A stretch of DNA of 64,000 bases from Eledone cirrhosa. Its lineage: Eukaryota. A program made the position numbers and the translations under genes. The notes beneath the pieces are model-generated. The model saw only the letters and a program-made list of their open reading frames with translations. It did no database searches and had not been told where the DNA came from. Positions 59,422-64,000 of this stretch are shown in pieces. The stretch covers positions 2,604,001-2,668,000 of the forward strand of contig OZ024755.1 of assembly GCA_964016885.1 (NCBI GenBank), read 5' to 3'. Positions within the stretch are counted from its first letter, which is position 1; each line of letters begins with the position of its first letter.

Positions 59422-59619
59422 AGAGGTAATATAAATATAACAGAGATCAGATATAACTACAGTTGAAACCTCAATTAGAAACCTCAATGTAGAAAGGATG
59501 TTTAAACTTACTTTCAACGAGGAAAATATCTTCTGTTTTCTCTGTAGAAAAGTGTTTATTACATTTTGTTTTTGAAACATTTTGTGTTTTATTTTATTTG
59601 TAAAATATATCTAAAATCC

Positions 59620-59935
59620 ACATCTAAAATCCAGGGCTTTCTCCCTCATGTTGAAGAAACCCCTCCCTGGTTAACCTCCTCCATTTCCTATCACTGGCCA
59701 CATGGGACCATGTGGGGTCGAGGTATCGGGTCAGATTATCGTGCCATCTGCCCTTTGGCTGACCTCTGGTTCTTCCCCATTACATTGGTTTGTCTACTTT
59801 GTCTCTCTAGTAGTCCACTTGTTGTCTCTGAAACAAGGGATGTAGCCAACTCATCTATGTTTCCCTTCCTGATGCTCTCAGTCATATCCTTTTGTTTGCT
59901 GTCGAATCCAGGTGCTGCTCTTCCTGACACATAAC
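59620..59935 (-). pseudogene. Decayed RTE-clade LINE 3' fragment
   Basis: Minus strand DMTESIRK / KHR*VGYI ... GKNQR / PKDRWHDNL across frameshifts resembles the RTE ending IR.RK..W.GHI...G.R.RGRP..RW.D. Confidence 0.5.
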
Positions 59936-59964
59936 GTGATTCTGACCAGGATTCACTCCATCAA

Positions 59965-60307
<343 letters not shown>

Positions 60308-60315
60308 TATATATA

Positions 60316-60351
60316 TAAGGGTTAAGGTTAGGGTTAGGTGTTAGGGTTAAG
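60316..60351 (+). repeat. Short degenerate interstitial TTAGGG array
   Basis: taagggttaaggttagggttaggtgttagggttaag. Confidence 0.8.
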
Positions 60352-60848
60352 CACAGAGTTCAATTATCTGTAAAGTCTGCCGGTCGCATGTTTCCATCTA
60401 TTCGCGTATCTTATGAAATTTTCTAAGCTATTATTCACAGCAATCGACTGTTTTTGCATTTAATTTCTGGGTTTGGTATTCCTACATTTTTCAAGTATCA
60501 AACCATCTACCGCTTCAATACTTCATATGAAATATATATATATATATAAATATATATAAATATATACCATATATATATAATAAAACGTTGATAATATCAA
60601 AACCCTGTGTAATTATAATTGCTTCTTTTAAAAAATTGAAAATATTAATTATCTGAATTTTCTAAATTTGTTGTTGTTGTTTTTATGTTTTATTTTAAAT
60701 TGAAAGAATGTATGTCAGCAAACATTTCCCAATAATTAAAGAAAATTACTTCCTTATTACTATATTTGGTATCAACTAACTATACTAATGATGTAAGTTG
60801 AGCAGATACAACATATTCGATTTTATTTATAAACGATATTCACATATT

Positions 60849-61062
60849 TACGAGGATAGACGGAAATGTGCAGAAGCTAACTATGAAAGAGTGATGCTAG
60901 AGCTGTGAAATCTTGCATGCATTAATTTCAACTCCTTTTATTAATAACTGTAATTTTTTTTTGATTTTGCTTTTTCTGGGACTATGTAGAAAAACAAACC
61001 TCATTTGGTCATTGCATGAGAGTATCTTGGTCAGCTTATGAACTTTTCAGCCGACACACGTA
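60849..61062. mobile_element. Mariner-type MITE, second copy
   Basis: tatgaaagagtgatg...gctgtgaaatcttgcatgcattaatttcaactc shared with 47553. Right TIR tcagcttatgaacttttcagccgacacacg-ta. Confidence 0.8.
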
Positions 61063-61090
61063 TGTATACACATTTATATACATACATACA

Positions 61091-61199
<109 letters not shown>

Positions 61200-61629
61200 C
61201 CCTCTCAGCTGGTGTTGTACGTGTGTTTATGTACGTACATGTAGAAATTCCTATACATTCCTATACACCCCTTTACGTCGGTCAGGGGCTGTGTTGTGTG
61301 TACATACAATAAACATATATATATACACATAGTTACGGTTATATAATCATATGTACAGACTTTAGTGTGAGTGTTATGTTTTTGCAACAGTGACCTTTTG
61401 TATGTTTGTATATCCATGTATGTTTGTTTGTATTTCTAATATATTTCATATATCGATCGTCTTTCACTTCTCTGACTCTACCAATAACACCAATCTGAAT
61501 ATATAAATTTAGTCCGAGAATTCTTAGTCGCTTATATGTAATTAACAATATGTTTCAAAAACAATTCTAACATTAGACAATACACTATTACATTGTAGAG
61601 ACGTTCTTGAAATGATTCTTTATAAAGAA

Positions 61630-61885
61630 TACTTCCTGGATCCTAAATTGCTTTATTTGATACTTATATACCTCATCACCATAGCAATGGCTTGGAACAT
61701 CTTAAAATTCAACAAAATCCCCGAAACACCATCTTAAAATTTAACGAGGAAGTTTCTCTGCCTATGATCGACATGCTAGAACTAGCAGCCAGAATTCTCA
61801 AATTACATAATACCACTTTAACAATGAGATATACAGGACATATGTTATGAGTTGTACAAAGCAATAGCAGTGTTTTCCCCGTAAT
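61630..61885 (+). pseudogene. Probable decayed Penelope-like element RT fragment
   Basis: Across frameshifts YIPHHHSNGLEHLK...PET...KFNEE...DMLELAARILKLHN / YHFNNEIYR resembles PLE RT LYTNIPH..GLEA.....LEL...IL.NN.F.FN...Y.Q. Recognition by eye only. Confidence 0.45.
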
Positions 61886-62479
61886 AAATCTAGTTGAATA
61901 TTTAAATGTATATTTGATACACATACATACAAATATCATCTTTCATGAATACAACATAAACGCGCATATGGTTATAGTTATTGTTGATGTTGTTCTTGTA
62001 GCCCTTAGTCGTACTAATCAAACGATTATTATACATTCCTGTCATCATTTTAATGTCTTTTGAATATCTAAGTTTACATTATCCAGTGTGTAGCACCGTT
62101 CTTGAATCATTATAATCTGATCCGAAGCAGATGTTTCTCATTTCTTTTGTAACTTAAATGACATTTATATTACATATGTGTGTTTACCATTCTACCGTTC
62201 TTTGTAAAATGAATTCCATAGGGTACGCACAAATGTATTTATATAAAAATATTTATTTACATATTCTGATTTTGAAAATATAAACGGAATGTTTCGTACT
62301 TCTTTGCCGATGTACTTTATTAAATATTTATTTATATAACTAACTTTCCATGCAAATAGCACAAAACGGAGTAAAATGCATTCATAGTTTTCCAGTACCG
62401 TAAAATTGTCCCACTCACAAGATGGTATTTTTTGGATACTCTGAATATGTTATAGACTCAACAAGTGATTCTAGCTGAA

Positions 62480-62530
<51 letters not shown>

Positions 62531-62594
62531 ATCTTTATGTCTTCAGTGTGTTGATATCGTTCTTCTGCAGCACTGTATTATACACATAAACATG

Positions 62595-62630
<36 letters not shown>

Positions 62631-62703
62631 CCGCTCCTGATTATTACTGGAATTCTATAAGAATCCAGCTTCTATAATTTTCGGCGAACGCAGGGGAGTA
62701 CGT

Positions 62704-62745
62704 AGCTCTGATGAACACCAACCAGCGTGAAACAGACTGTCAGCT
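62704..62745 (+). ncRNA. Minimal type I hammerhead ribozyme
   Basis: agct-CTGATGA-acaccaaccagcgt-GAAAC-agact-GTC-agct: full catalytic core, stem I agct/agct, stem III ac/gt, short stem II, GUC cleavage triplet at 62739-62741. Confidence 0.75.
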
Positions 62746-62875
62746 TCTCTTCCTTCTTTCGCCAAAAATAAGTAAGTGACATAGTCACTACTTTAAAACT
62801 GATAGCGTAAGGTCTTCTAAATGTTTTTAATTTTAATTAAACATACGGTATAATGCCAAATATACTATACATACA

Positions 62876-62932
<57 letters not shown>

Positions 62933-63828
62933 GATGTGTGCGTATAGAAAAGTATATTTTGTATTCAGTCAAGTAGGATAAGCCAGTGACTATGTTCCTT
63001 TTTTAGAGCCTCCAGTAATCGGGACACTGTCTGATTTCTTACGATAGAGAAAACCCACTAAACGAACACATGACACAGCTGAGGAAATTAAACCGAATGA
63101 TGATTTATATATTTGTGTTTGAATATATGCAAATAAGCCTTGATGATTTTTGGTAAATCTAAAAATAATCATGATTATGGCCAACGACCAAACCCCATCC
63201 ATAGGTATAAAAAATAATTTAATAGTGACAGTTATGGGAAATAATTTTTCTTCTAACCAGAAAGAATTCTTTGTTTTGTTGAAAATCAAACAGTCTCACT
63301 TAAATTTATTCTGACTGAAGAGAAGAAACATTTTCTTGAGAAGAACCACCATAAATAAATTTTATGTGCTTATGTATGTATATTTATTGGCAAAATGACA
63401 ATTACTCACTGACCTATAAAATCAATTAACCGAGCTATTAATCCATATTTATAGCCACACCAAAAGTGTCACACACATCAAAAAGTCAATAAGAAGATAA
63501 GTCAATAAGAAGATAAACAGCATTATGCTTTCTTGCATACTTTAAGATGGCTGAATTAAGTTAGAACTAAGAATCGCGAACATAATTTTCTCACATACAT
63601 TTCATTATTATTCCCTGGTCGTCAATTTCTTTTAAGATAGTCAATGTAAGAAAAGTCAAGTCACCCAGTAAATAAGAAATAAAAACCACACCTTCTGATT
63701 ACATGTCGACGACTGCAGACAAGATATGGGAAGGAATGCCAGCAGTTCATGTCTCTCAGATGAAAGGACATTGTGAAATAATTCGAGTGAAACTTGAGAT
63801 AATGAACACTGACTAAATATAGAGGAGG

Positions 63829-63971
63829 AATCGACCTCGGTTCTAGACTGGTATTTTTTTATCGACCTCGAAATGATGACGTCGGCGAGATTGGAACTGA
63901 GAATGCAGAGAGCGGGGACGAATATTACAAAGCTTTTTATCTGACTTTCTAACAACTCTGTCAATTCGCCG
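63829..63971 (-). mobile_element. Old SINE family A-related copy
   Basis: atcgacc..gactggtattttttttatcgacc...ggaactgagaa...ctaacaactctgtcaattcgccg. Confidence 0.6.
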
Positions 63972-64000
63972 TGAAGATATATCATCTTAGCTATGTTAAC

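Noticed and set aside
60316-60351. True telomere or chromosome-fusion site
   Set aside because: Only about six degenerate units in one orientation.
62990-63289. 99-aa minus-strand ORF; similarly 8979-9206 and 24005-24268
   Set aside because: Only vague resemblance to LINE fragments and no diagnostic motif.

Overview
AT-rich, microsatellite-saturated eukaryotic non-coding DNA, most likely an intergenic or large-intron region of a coleoid cephalopod (octopus-like; inferred from the tRNA-derived SINE families and the extreme (TA)n/(GA)n/(CA)n/(TAA)n/(GTA)n density). I see no intact protein-coding gene. Most ORFs in the track are translations of simple repeats. The window holds decayed non-LTR retrotransposon pieces (R4/Dong, RTE, Tx1, probable Penelope-like RT), two SINE families, and hAT and mariner MITEs. 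Unexplained structure: (1) four copies of a (TA)n-inserted asymmetric hairpin element whose two arms share copy-private variants and fold back at a different point in each copy, one carrying in its loop an inverted copy of chromosomal sequence ~1.6 kb away; (2) a complete minimal type I hammerhead ribozyme at 62704-62745 plus decayed relatives in other (TA)n-flanked inserts; (3) several fold-back palindromes, including a perfect 562-bp one centred on a (TA)n tract. Together these suggest Penelope-like, (TA)n-targeting retroelements and/or (TA)n cruciform repair that generate palindromes and occasionally capture local sequence. All alignments and counts were done by eye.
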